Assembly (NCBI GenBank): GCA_045605175.1
Contig: JAZUPL010000013.1
Coordinates: 95 to 64,094, forward strand
Direction: 5' to 3'
Length of the DNA stretch: 64,000 nucleotides
Source of the DNA: Eubacteriales bacterium
GTDB lineage: Bacteria; Bacillota; Clostridia; Oscillospirales; CAG-272
Under the pieces are notes generated by a model, which was not told where the DNA came from, ran no database searches, and saw only the letters and a list, made by a program, of their open reading frames with translations. Positions 36,957-46,403 of the stretch are shown one piece after another (positions within the stretch are counted from its first letter, which is position 1; each line of letters begins with the position of its first letter). The position numbers and the translations under genes are program-made.

Positions 36957-37703
36957 TTATTTGCCGAGTGCCTCAAGCACCTTTCTGGTGATAGCGGCAA
37001 CAACGTCCTCGCTTATCTCACTCTTAGGCTCTTCGGCATAGTCGATGCCGGGGTGACGACCGGGAATGTTCATCTTCTTTCTGAGTTCCATAAGTTTTTT
37101 AAGTTCTGCGTTGGGAATCTCGTGAACTGCACCAAGTTCCATAGCATTTTTGCAAATCTTTGCATTGAACTCAACCTCTTCCATAATGAAGAGCGCCTTG
37201 GTAAGGTCGCAACCTACGGTCAGAGCACCGTGGTTCTGAAGAAGGAACGCATCGTGGTTCTGGATATAGGGTTCAAGAGAGTCGGGAATCTCCATAGTCG
37301 AGGGAGTTCCGTACGCACAGGTGGGAACTTCACCGATGGTGAGAACCGCCTCGGGGAGAATGTACTGGTCAAGGTCAACGCCTGCAACCGTGAATGCGGT
37401 AGCAATCGGGGGATGAGCGTGAACTACTGCAAATACGTCAGGACGCTCCTGGTAAACTCTCATGTGCATCTTGATCTCAGAGGAGGGGTTGAGTTTGCCC
37501 TCAAGTTTGTTACCAAAACGGTCAACCTTGATAATCATATCAGGGGTAAGAACTCTTTTGGATACACCTGTGGGGGTGCAGTAGAATTCGTTGTCGGACA
37601 CCTTTACCGAGATGTTACCGTCGTTTGCAGCAACGAAGCCGAGTTGATAAAGAATGTGACCTGCTTCGCAGATTTCCTTCTTAATTTCATAAACAGATTT
37701 CAT
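36957..37703 (-). CDS. class II aldolase (fuculose/rhamnulose-1-phosphate aldolase family) with C-terminal extension
   Basis: 248 aa. NDGNISV, VVHAHPPIATAF and QNHGALTVG motifs. About 35 extra C-terminal residues end in an amphipathic helix, SEDVVAAITRKVLEALGK. Confidence 0.9.
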   Translation of the reverse strand: MKSVYEIKKEICEAGHILYQLGFVAANDGNISVKVSDNEFYCTPTGVSKRVLTPDMIIKVDRFGNKLEGKLNPSSEIKMHMRVYQERPDVFAVVHAHPPIATAFTVAGVDLDQYILPEAVLTIGEVPTCAYGTPSTMEIPDSLEPYIQNHDAFLLQNHGALTVGCDLTKALFIMEEVEFNAKICKNAMELGAVHEIPNAELKKLMELRKKMNIPGRHPGIDYAEEPKSEISEDVVAAITRKVLEALGK

Positions 37704-37730
37704 TTTTTTCTTCCTTTCAGAATATATAAA

Positions 37731-38924
37731 TTATTTATTAGCCAAAGCAAGTGTGTCAAGAGCAATCATATATTCCTCGTTTGTAGGAATAACGAAGGTT
37801 CTGACGGTTGCGCCCTCTGCGGTGAGTTCTACAATCTCGCCCGAGGGGCAGGTCATATTAAGTTCCTCGTCTATCTTGATACCGAGATAGGACATATCAC
37901 GGCAGACGTTTTGACGAAGGACTCTGTCATTCTCGCCTATTCCCGCGGTGAACACGAGCACATCTACTCCGTTCATCTCGGCAACATACGAGCCTATAAT
38001 TTTCTTGATATTGTGGGTGAGTATTTTAAGTGCCAGAGCAGCACGGGCGTTGCCGGCATTTGCTGCGGCGGTGATGTCACGGCAGTCGCTGGATACACCC
38101 GACACACCGAGAAGTCCCGACTTTGAATTAAGGAGTTTTTCTACCTCCTCGGCACTAATACCCTCCTTTTTCATTATATAGGGGGCAACGGTGGGGTCAA
38201 TAGCGCCGCTTCTTGTTCCCATAGGCACGCCGTCCTGGGGAGTGAAGCCCATCGAGGTGTCAACCGCTCTGCCGTCAACGGTGGCAGTTATAGAAGAACC
38301 GTTACCAAGGTGGCAGGTGATAACCTTTGCCTGCTTGTCGCCTACTATCTCGGTCGCCTTGCCACAGACGAATCTGTGAGAGGTGCCGTGGAAGCCGTAA
38401 CGGCGAATCTTGTACTTTTCATAGAGTTCGTAGGGAATGGGATAAATGTATGCGTGCACCTCCATACCCGAATAGTAAGAGGTGTCAAACACGCCAACGT
38501 GAGGCACGTCAGGCATTACACTTCTGCAAGCCTTAAATCCGCTTATTGCAGGCGGGCCGTGCAGGGGGTTAATCTCGACTATACTCTCAAGGTATTTAAG
38601 TTCTTCCTCACCAAGAAGCGAGGATCTGCGCAATTTCTCGCCACCGTGAGCAAATCTGTGTCCAACCGCGCCAATCTCATCAACGCTCGAAATAACTCCG
38701 AGTTCTTTGTCGGTAAGAAGCGAGAGAACCAACTCAATGGCCGCCTTATGATCGACCATTTCCACCTCGGCAGAATAGGTTTCTTTGCCGGGACGTTTGT
38801 GGGTAACAGCACCGCCGATGCCAATTCTCTCGCACAGTCCCTTTGCGATTACCTCGCCGGTTTCCATGTCGAAGAGTTGGTATTTAAGCGAGGAACTACC
38901 CGCGTTAACAACAAGGATCTTCAT
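37731..38924 (-). CDS. ackA: acetate/propionate kinase
   Basis: 397 aa. MKILVVNAGSSSLKYQLF and HRFVHGG-like GHRFAHGG motifs. Confidence 0.93.
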   Translation of the reverse strand: MKILVVNAGSSSLKYQLFDMETGEVIAKGLCERIGIGGAVTHKRPGKETYSAEVEMVDHKAAIELVLSLLTDKELGVISSVDEIGAVGHRFAHGGEKLRRSSLLGEEELKYLESIVEINPLHGPPAISGFKACRSVMPDVPHVGVFDTSYYSGMEVHAYIYPIPYELYEKYKIRRYGFHGTSHRFVCGKATEIVGDKQAKVITCHLGNGSSITATVDGRAVDTSMGFTPQDGVPMGTRSGAIDPTVAPYIMKKEGISAEEVEKLLNSKSGLLGVSGVSSDCRDITAAANAGNARAALALKILTHNIKKIIGSYVAEMNGVDVLVFTAGIGENDRVLRQNVCRDMSYLGIKIDEELNMTCPSGEIVELTAEGATVRTFVIPTNEEYMIALDTLALANK

Positions 38925-39116
38925 TTTCTTCTCCTTAAATATATTTTCTTTTTTATTTGATTTTGTAATAACTAACTTATATCAAGTATCCCTCTCTATA
39001 TTTCAAGAGTTGGTTTTAGGGCCACAGAAAGCCTTTTTCTACAAAGGTGTTTAAGAATTTGAAGCCATCCTTCAAGACTTCCTTTTCTCTGTTTTCCAAA
39101 AGCCCCTCCCTTTGTT

Positions 39117-39956
39117 CTACTCAATAATTCTCTTGGAAATCAGTTCCTCCTCTTCCCTGCCAATTTCCTTGGCTCGGCTGGAGTTCTGATAAACCATTCT
39201 GTAACACAGCGCGTCTATTACGACCAATCGTGATAGATGCGAATTTAGTCCAAGCGAACTGTGTCTTGTTTCCTCGGTGTCAGTAAGAAGCACTATGTCG
39301 CTGATTCTTGCGATAGGTGACCTCTCTCTTGAGGTTATGGCAATCGTGGTGGCTCGGTTTGCCTTCGCCGCTCTCATTGCCTCGGCTATATCCTTTGACG
39401 AGCCGGATTGGGATATTCCTATCACGGTGTCACCCTCTCGCAGTTGCGAAACCGCTATCGCCTGCATATGTGTATCCGAATAGGCTGCACAATTACACCC
39501 AGCACGCAGGAACTTGTTGGAGGCGTCTTCCGCTACCGAAGCAGAAGCACCAAGACCAATAAGCACCACCCGTCTTGAATTAGATATAGCATCCACCGCC
39601 CTCGTCATCTCGGCTGCAGACAACGTCTTTTTTGTTCTTTCGAGTGACATATAAGCATCGTTACATACCTTCTCGAAGATAGCATAGGCGTCGTCCTCAC
39701 CCGTGATTATGGGAGCAATGACCTTTTTCTCGTGTTCTCTTGCGAGATTTAACTTCAATTCCTGGTATCCCGAACAACCGAGCCTCTTTGAGAAGCGGAC
39801 AATTGTCGCCTCGCTACTCTCACAGAGAGAGGCAAGGTCGGATATGGAATATGGCAACATCTCGCCAGAGTGAGAAAACAACCAATCAGCGACTCGCCGC
39901 TCTGACTTGCCCATCTCGTTATACATAAGTTGGGCTTGCAGCAAAGTCCTGTTCAA
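39117..39956 (-). CDS. RpiR/MurR-family transcriptional regulator (HTH + SIS domain)
   Basis: Likely TTG start at 39956, 7 nt after AAGGAGG, giving MNRTLLQAQLMYNEMGKSERRVADWL, a typical RpiR N-terminus. SIS domain VVLIGLGASASVAED. The ORF track extends to 40040. Confidence 0.88.
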   Translation of the reverse strand: MNRTLLQAQLMYNEMGKSERRVADWLFSHSGEMLPYSISDLASLCESSEATIVRFSKRLGCSGYQELKLNLAREHEKKVIAPIITGEDDAYAIFEKVCNDAYMSLERTKKTLSAAEMTRAVDAISNSRRVVLIGLGASASVAEDASNKFLRAGCNCAAYSDTHMQAIAVSQLREGDTVIGISQSGSSKDIAEAMRAAKANRATTIAITSRERSPIARISDIVLLTDTEETRHSSLGLNSHLSRLVVIDALCYRMVYQNSSRAKEIGREEEELISKRIIE

Positions 39957-40139
39957 TAACCTGCCTCCTTTCTCTGTTTGTTTTATGGCAAAAGACACGG
40001 GCTGTGCAATCTGCCTACAAGCGTTTTTGCAAGTAGTCATTTGTATAGAGTAGTCTATATAGTAGTGCGCTATACAGTAGGCGCATATAAGGCTAACATT
40101 CCCCGCCCTTTTGCCATTGTTGAGTTGTTTTTCAGGGTT

Positions 40140-40427
40140 ATGAAAATAATTTTCATTTTATCATAAGTTTCAACGCAAAATTGTGTAAGTTATGAAAACT
40201 TATTTCATTTATTATGAAATTTACTTTCACATTTTAGATTTTAACAGAAAAAATCCTGTTTGTCAATGGGTTTTTATGATTTTTTTAGAAATTTTTGATT
40301 TATAAAATATTTTATATATTTTAATAAGTATTGAAACCCACTTTTAATTTCTCGGTATTTTTTGAAAATTATTTTCATTTTTTCGGGTTATTTGAAAAAT
40401 TTGTTGAAAATTTGAAAAATTTTTTCA
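40140..40427. promoter_or_regulatory. AT-rich control region with repeated TGAAAA-n-TTTTCA palindromes
   Basis: ATGAAAATAATTTTCAT 40140..40156 (perfect 8-1-8). ATGAAAACTTATTTCAT 40192..40208. ATGAAATTTACTTTCAC 40214..40230 (imperfect). TGAAAATTATTTTCA 40363..40377. TGAAAAATTTTTTCA 40413..40427. Confidence 0.5.
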
Positions 40428-40680
40428 TTTACAGTTTATTCACATTTTTATATTGTGACACTCGCCAAATCCTGACTATTTCGCTTGCTTTGGCTCAAAT
40501 CTGCGGTTTTACGGACGGGATATGCAGGATTACTCCTTTGTATTGTATACAATTATAAATTCTCTTTTTGGGGGAATTTTATAGGTTTCAATAAAATGTT
40601 TGTCTAAATAAAAAGGGACTTGCTCCACCGAGCAAATCCCACAAAACTTGTTAAATTTTCCAGATCTCACATTTTTATCT

Positions 40681-41379
40681 TTACACATATACAACCTCGC
40701 CACTTTCAAGACACAGGCAAGCGAGCCTCCCGCCAAAGGTAGCGGCACAATCAATGAAAATCATGTTTCCGCTTTTATAGACCTCGTGTCTGCCCCAGAG
40801 CGAAATAGTCGGGGTATGCCCTACTACCACCGTCAGGTTTTCGTCATAATATACGGTGTCACCCTCGGGACGAGTGTCGCAAAGTTCTGACAGCGAATAG
40901 TCCTCAAGCCGACGCTGTGACGAATATCCACCAAGCCCCGCGTGAACGAGAATAAACCTGCGTCCATCCGAGGTCGTGACCTCGGCATAGGGGGCAAAGC
41001 CTCCGATATAATCAATCAACAATTCCCTCCGTTCAGGAGATAGACGACGAAAATCTCGTAGCGTTGTGTCACCGCCGTCCGACTGCCACATAGCAAGGCG
41101 GGACAAAAGTTCCCCATCAAGGATGCTTTCCAGATTTTCCTCGGTCACCACTTTATTAAGCCCGGATAGTATTATATACGCCATAAGGTCGTGATTTCCA
41201 ACAAGGGGGTATATATTTTTTCGCTTTGACATATCCTCAAGCACCGCGACAGGCATAGGCCCACGGTCCACCACATCTCCGAGGACATAGAGGGTGTCCT
41301 CGTCCTTTAAGTTTATCTTTTTTAATAAGGCTATGTATTTATCATATTCGCCGTGAATATCCGAAATGCAATAGTTCAC
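40681..41379 (-). CDS. metallophosphoesterase (PP1/ApaH-like Ser/Thr phosphatase family)
   Basis: Likely GTG start at 41379, 5 nt after GAGGTG. Motifs DIHGEYD, GDVVDRGP and GNHD. The ORF track extends to 41433. Confidence 0.85.
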   Translation of the reverse strand: MNYCISDIHGEYDKYIALLKKINLKDEDTLYVLGDVVDRGPMPVAVLEDMSKRKNIYPLVGNHDLMAYIILSGLNKVVTEENLESILDGELLSRLAMWQSDGGDTTLRDFRRLSPERRELLIDYIGGFAPYAEVTTSDGRRFILVHAGLGGYSSQRRLEDYSLSELCDTRPEGDTVYYDENLTVVVGHTPTISLWGRHEVYKSGNMIFIDCAATFGGRLACLCLESGEVVYV

Positions 41380-41624
41380 TCTGCCACCTCGAAATCCTCG
41401 GAAGAAAGACCGACACAAAATACAGAAATTCACGCACCTATATCGATTGTTTTCCGATTTTTATTTTACTATTATATTATAACATATTTTATGGGGGTTG
41501 TGTTGCCGTTTTAGAAAAAATATGCTTTTAGACAAAATGCTTTGACAGTCACAAAACTTGACACCGCAGCAAATTTGTGGTAATATAAGTTAGACGCCCC
41601 AAAAAAACTTTTTATGAGGCCTTT

Positions 41625-42920
41625 ATGAAAATTAAAATTATCGAGAAGCCCTACTCCGCCGTTATGGCAGAGCATAGAGCAAAAAAAGAAAAACACCAAA
41701 AGCCAAAAAGACCAAACATCTTTTTCCGCACCCTGATGAAACTCGTCGCCCTGCCCGACCTTTGGGCAACCCACTTCCACTGTGATAAGGTGGGTATGGA
41801 ACGTCTTGGCAGAAAAGAGCCCGCCTTTTTCCTTATGAACCATTCGAGTTTTATCGACCTTGAGATAGTTGCGGACATTTTATATCCCCGCCCCTTTAAT
41901 ATCGTTGCAACCACCGACGGATTTATCGGCAAGGACTGGCTTATGCGACAGATAGGCTGTATTCCGACAAAGAAGTTCGTGACCGATACAACCCTCGTGC
42001 GTGATATGCTTCACACGGTCAAGAAGTTAAAAGACAGTATCGTTATGTTCCCCGAGGTGGGCTACTCCTTTGACGGTACGGCAACCACCATGCCCGACAC
42101 CCTTGGCAAGTGCGTCAAGATGCTGGGAATACCACTCTGTATGATAACCACATACGGTGCATTTGCCCGTGATCCGCTTTACAACAATCTGCACCGTCGC
42201 AAGGTTGACGTGTCTGCAAGAATGGAATACCTGCTCTCGGCAGAGGAGATTTCCAAAATGAGTGCCGAAGAGATAAACGCCCTTATTCGAGAGAAGTTTT
42301 CCTTCGATGCCTTCGGGTGGCAAAGAGCAAATCATGTAAAAATAGACGAGCCACTACGTGCCGAGGGGTTAAACCGTGTTCTCTATAAATGTCCTCACTG
42401 CATGGCGGAGGGCAAAATGCACGGCGAGGGAATATACCTCGAATGTACCGCCTGCGGTGCAAAATACCGCCTTGACGAATACGGCTCTTTGGTCGGGGAA
42501 AACGTCCAAGCCAAATTTGCCCACCCACCTCTTTGGTACGCCTGGGAGCGTGAGTGCGTAAGAGAGGAAATCCTGCGAGGCGAATACTCGCTCGATGTGC
42601 CCGTAGATATAATGGTAAGTGTGGACACCAAAAACCTCTTCCACATCGGAGAGGGTAGGCTCATCCACACCACCGAGGGCTTCCACCTGACCGACAACCT
42701 GGGCGAACTTGACTACAAACAAAAGCCCACCGCCTCATACAGTGTAAACTCCGACTTTAACTGGTACGAGATTGGCGACATTGTGGGAATAGGTGACGGC
42801 GAATGCCTGTATTACTGCTTCCCGAAGTGCGAAGGAGACGTGGTGACAAAGGTGCGACTTGCCGCAGAGGAGATATATAAAATTGTCTCGGCAGACCTTT
42901 CGAATATAAGAGATAAATAA
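41625..42920 (+). CDS. lysophospholipid (PlsC-like) acyltransferase-domain protein with C-terminal Cys4 domain
   Basis: 431 aa. HxxxxD box as NHSSFID and a FPEVGYS-type motif. CPHC...CTAC lies downstream. Confidence 0.8.
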   Translation: MKIKIIEKPYSAVMAEHRAKKEKHQKPKRPNIFFRTLMKLVALPDLWATHFHCDKVGMERLGRKEPAFFLMNHSSFIDLEIVADILYPRPFNIVATTDGFIGKDWLMRQIGCIPTKKFVTDTTLVRDMLHTVKKLKDSIVMFPEVGYSFDGTATTMPDTLGKCVKMLGIPLCMITTYGAFARDPLYNNLHRRKVDVSARMEYLLSAEEISKMSAEEINALIREKFSFDAFGWQRANHVKIDEPLRAEGLNRVLYKCPHCMAEGKMHGEGIYLECTACGAKYRLDEYGSLVGENVQAKFAHPPLWYAWERECVREEILRGEYSLDVPVDIMVSVDTKNLFHIGEGRLIHTTEGFHLTDNLGELDYKQKPTASYSVNSDFNWYEIGDIVGIGDGECLYYCFPKCEGDVVTKVRLAAEEIYKIVSADLSNIRDK

Positions 42921-43232
42921 GAACCTCGCAAACCCGCAAAGCGAGAAAGCCAACTCCTTAAAAACCTTTTATTAAAACAATATTACAAAAACCTCTTTAG
43001 GCAAAAACCAATTACGCCGCAAGGGGTTTTTCTTTTGTAAAGTTTTCCGACCAGAGGGATTTATTTGTATATTTTATTGACGAAACTTGCAGGTAGAGTT
43101 TCGGTGACATCTTATATCTACAAGGTACAGACGGAGGCTCAAGTATAAAGAAATATGCTATACATTTTTTATAACTATTGAAAAACATTTTTGGGGATAT
43201 AATAAGGGTAAGAAAAAAATAAGGAAAAGAAA

Positions 43233-44615
43233 ATGCATACCAAGGTTAAAGTTTTCACACACGACAAGAGTTTTTACAAATCACTTATTTTGCTATCCCT
43301 GCCGATAGCCCTGCAAAATCTGATAACCTTTGCAATAGGACTTGCCGACAATGTAATGTTAAGCCCCCTCGGAGATTCGGCGGTGTCGGGCGTGTATATG
43401 GCAAATCAGGTGCAAACGCTCTTGCAACTTCTGTCGGGTGGTATAGAGAGTGCTATTCTCGTCCTTGCCACCCAGTACCTCGGCAAGGGTGACACCGAGT
43501 CGATGCGCAGAATCTCTGCCATAGGTGTACGGGTAGGTGCATTGTTCGGTGCTTTGACAAGTATTGTTTGCATTTTCGCCCCCTCGTTTGTCCTCTCTCT
43601 TTTCACCAACAAGGCGGAAATAATTGACACGGGTGCCGAGTACTTATTCATTTTAGCCTTTTCCTTTATCCCTTTCACCATAACGCAGTCGCTTATAGCC
43701 ACAGCGCGCTCGACAGAAAATCCAAGGATAGGAACTTATGTTTCTCTGCTCTCCTTAGCCACCAACGTCGGTCTGAACTATATACTGATTTACGGCAAAC
43801 TTGGTCTGCCCGCCCTTGGTGTACGTGGTGCGGCTATCGCAACGTTAATTTCAAGGCTTATTGAATGTGCTATCATAATTATCTACACCCTTTTTATAGA
43901 AAAAAGGCTAAAACTGCGACTTATTTATCTCTTCCGCTTTGACAAAAAACTCTTTCTTGACTTTGTGCGTTACGGCGCTCCGCTTCTGCTCGGGCAGATT
44001 GTCTGGGCTTCAAACATGCTTATCGGCTCGGGTATTATGGGCAGGCAGAGCGAGGAAGGAATAGTTGCCGCCCTGAGCATAGCAAACACGATGCACAACC
44101 TCGCCTACGTCACTATGAACGGTATGGCAGGGGCCGTGGGCATTATAACCGGCAAGACGGTGGGAAGCGGTGACACCGAGAAAATGAAGGAATACGCCAG
44201 AACGACGCAAATCATTTTCCTCGCCCTCGGTCTTGTCACGGGGCTCGGTGTATGGCTCTTGAAATCCCCCTTTATCTCGCTATACCGTGTATCGGAGAGC
44301 GCAATAGCACAGGCGCATCTTTTAATCAATGTCATAAGTGTCACCATAATAGGCTCTTGCTATCAGGTTGCCTGTCTTTTCGGCTTGGTCAAGAGTGGGG
44401 GTGACACGGGCTTTGTCTTTCGAATGGATTTGATTTTCGTCTTTCTTATAGTTCTTCCCGCAGGGTTCATATCCTCTTGGCTCGGCGCACCCGGTTGGGT
44501 GGTTTTTGCCGCTCTGAAATGCGACCAGATACTAAAATGCTTCGTCGCCTTCTTCAAAATCCGAACCTACAACTGGATGAAAAATCTCACACGGGACGAC
44601 ACCCCGAAGAATTAA
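43233..44615 (+). CDS. MATE-family efflux transporter
   Basis: 460 aa, about 12 hydrophobic segments, and a typical MATE N-terminus (LLSLPIALQNLITFAIGLADNVML). Confidence 0.9.
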   Translation: MHTKVKVFTHDKSFYKSLILLSLPIALQNLITFAIGLADNVMLSPLGDSAVSGVYMANQVQTLLQLLSGGIESAILVLATQYLGKGDTESMRRISAIGVRVGALFGALTSIVCIFAPSFVLSLFTNKAEIIDTGAEYLFILAFSFIPFTITQSLIATARSTENPRIGTYVSLLSLATNVGLNYILIYGKLGLPALGVRGAAIATLISRLIECAIIIIYTLFIEKRLKLRLIYLFRFDKKLFLDFVRYGAPLLLGQIVWASNMLIGSGIMGRQSEEGIVAALSIANTMHNLAYVTMNGMAGAVGIITGKTVGSGDTEKMKEYARTTQIIFLALGLVTGLGVWLLKSPFISLYRVSESAIAQAHLLINVISVTIIGSCYQVACLFGLVKSGGDTGFVFRMDLIFVFLIVLPAGFISSWLGAPGWVVFAALKCDQILKCFVAFFKIRTYNWMKNLTRDDTPKN

Positions 44616-44693
44616 CCTTTTTTATTATACGTTACACTCGCTTTTATTTCGCATTATTTTTAACTACACCCGCCCCCCTCTATCTAAAAACGT

Positions 44694-44720
44694 AAACGGT
44701 TGCCATCGGCAACCGTTTTT
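44694..44720 (+). terminator. rho-independent terminator after the MATE gene
   Basis: AAACGGTTGCC-atc-GGCAACCGTTT followed by TTATT. Confidence 0.8.
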
Positions 44721-44856
44721 ATTATTGTGTGCGGTTTTTCGGTTTTGCTTTTTGCATTCTTCTGTTTTTACACGTTTTGCAAGTTTTAACGCTCGTTCTT
44801 GCAGAATTTTCGCCAAAATACGCCAATTTTGTACAAACAAAGAACAATTTGGGGGC

Positions 44857-44886
44857 TTGACAAAACATGATTTCATATTATATAAT
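44857..44886 (+). promoter_or_regulatory. sigma-A-type promoter upstream of the citrate synthase gene
   Basis: TTGACA-18 nt-TATAAT, about 60 nt upstream of ATG 44946. Confidence 0.6.
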
Positions 44887-44945
44887 ATAGGCATATTATA
44901 AAAAAATTGTATACACTTATACAATCAGAGAAAGGAAAACGGAAA

Positions 44946-46322
44946 ATGATTAGCAAAAACAGGCACTCCAACCTATTGGAGCATCACCAGTACAAATATT
45001 CGCTCCAAGATGTGGACAGCCCCAATCTTTACAGAGATATATATCCCTATACCGAAATCCCTAAAATTGCCTTCAATCACCGTCGCGTTCCTCTCTCTGT
45101 ACCGGATGAAATTTGGATAACAGACACTACTTTTCGCGACGGTCAGCAATCAAGAGCCCCCTATACCGCCTCGCAGATAGTGGAAATCTTTAAAATGCTC
45201 CACCGCCTTGGAGGACCGAAGGGCCTTGTTCGCCAGAGCGAATTTTTTGTTTATACGAAGAAAGACCGTGAAGCAGTAGAGAGATGTATGGCTCTCGGTT
45301 ACGAATTCCCTGAGGTTACCACCTGGATAAGAGCGAAAAAAGAGGACTTTGCCCTGGTGCGAGATATCGGTATCAAGGAAACTGGAATTTTGGTTTCCTG
45401 CTCGGACTACCATATCTTCAACAAGTTGGGACTTACGAGAAAGGAAGCGCTCGACCACTATCTTGGCGTGGTGAAAAACGCGTTTGAGGCGGGCATTCGC
45501 CCCCGTTGTCACTTGGAGGACATAACTCGTGCAGACTTTTACGGCTTTGTCGTTCCATTGGTTAACGAACTGACCGAGTTAAGCCACGAGGCAGGAATAC
45601 CTGTAAAGATAAGAATGTGCGACACTATGGGCTACGGTGTTTCCTACCCCGGTGTTTCTCTGCCGAGAAGTGTGCCGGGTATTGTCTATGGCCTGCACCA
45701 CTACGCCGACGTACCCTCGGATATGCTCGAGTGGCACGGACACAACGACTTTTACAAGGGTGTTGTAAACGCAGTAAATGCCTGGCTATACGGTTGCTCG
45801 GCGGTAAACTGCTCGCTGCTTGGAATAGGCGAAAGAACAGGCAACGTGCCTCTTGAGGCTATGGTTATTGAATACGCATCTATACGTGGAACGCTCGACG
45901 GTATGGACACAAGGGTGATAACCGAGATTGCCGAATACTTCAAAAACGAACTTGGCTACAACATTCCCCCAATGACGCCCTTTGTAGGTGACAACTTCAA
46001 CGTCACAAGGGCAGGCGTACACGCAGACGGACTTATGAAGGACGTGGAAATTTACAACGTCTTTGACACCGAAACCATACTCGCTCGCCCCGCAGAGGTG
46101 GCAATTTCCAACACCTCAGGTCTTGCCGGTATAGCCTACTGGATAAACAAGCACTTCGGACTGACAGGCGACCGTCAAATAGATAAGCGCTCCGAGATAG
46201 TTGTACGTACCAAGGAGGCAATTGACAGACTCTATGCCGATGGTAGAACAACTCTTATGGGCGACGAGGAATTGTACGCACTTATTGAAAGCGTAGCCCC
46301 CAAAGCAAACGGAAGTTTTTAG
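44946..46322 (+). CDS. homocitrate/isopropylmalate-synthase-family enzyme, probable Re-face citrate synthase
   Basis: Start at ATG 44946 (MISKNRH). DRE_TIM/HMGL-like motif ITDTTFRDGQQ, then HGHNDF. The Re-citrate synthase call rests on linkage to aconitase and IDH. Confidence 0.75.
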   Translation: MISKNRHSNLLEHHQYKYSLQDVDSPNLYRDIYPYTEIPKIAFNHRRVPLSVPDEIWITDTTFRDGQQSRAPYTASQIVEIFKMLHRLGGPKGLVRQSEFFVYTKKDREAVERCMALGYEFPEVTTWIRAKKEDFALVRDIGIKETGILVSCSDYHIFNKLGLTRKEALDHYLGVVKNAFEAGIRPRCHLEDITRADFYGFVVPLVNELTELSHEAGIPVKIRMCDTMGYGVSYPGVSLPRSVPGIVYGLHHYADVPSDMLEWHGHNDFYKGVVNAVNAWLYGCSAVNCSLLGIGERTGNVPLEAMVIEYASIRGTLDGMDTRVITEIAEYFKNELGYNIPPMTPFVGDNFNVTRAGVHADGLMKDVEIYNVFDTETILARPAEVAISNTSGLAGIAYWINKHFGLTGDRQIDKRSEIVVRTKEAIDRLYADGRTTLMGDEELYALIESVAPKANGSF

Positions 46323-46403
46323 TCTATCGACTATTTCTATTTAACTCTATTATTATTTCTTTATCATTAAATACGCAAGAATACAAGACAAGGAGGACTA
46401 AAG

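Noticed and set aside
36393-38126. 577-aa plus-strand ORF spanning the pduP-like, aldolase and kinase genes
   Set aside because: It is antisense to three genes with unambiguous family motifs. Its translation is low-complexity with no recognisable domain. This is a typical shadow ORF.
40140-40427. Interpreting the TGAAAA-n-TTTTCA dyads as CcpA cre sites
   Set aside because: The cre consensus is a 14-mer with a central CG (TGWAANCGNTNWCA). These dyads are 15-17 nt with A/T centres.
40331-40558. 75-aa plus-strand ORF in the palindrome-rich region
   Set aside because: It is composed of AT-rich repeat sequence overlapping the dyad motifs, with no RBS. It is treated as regulatory DNA.
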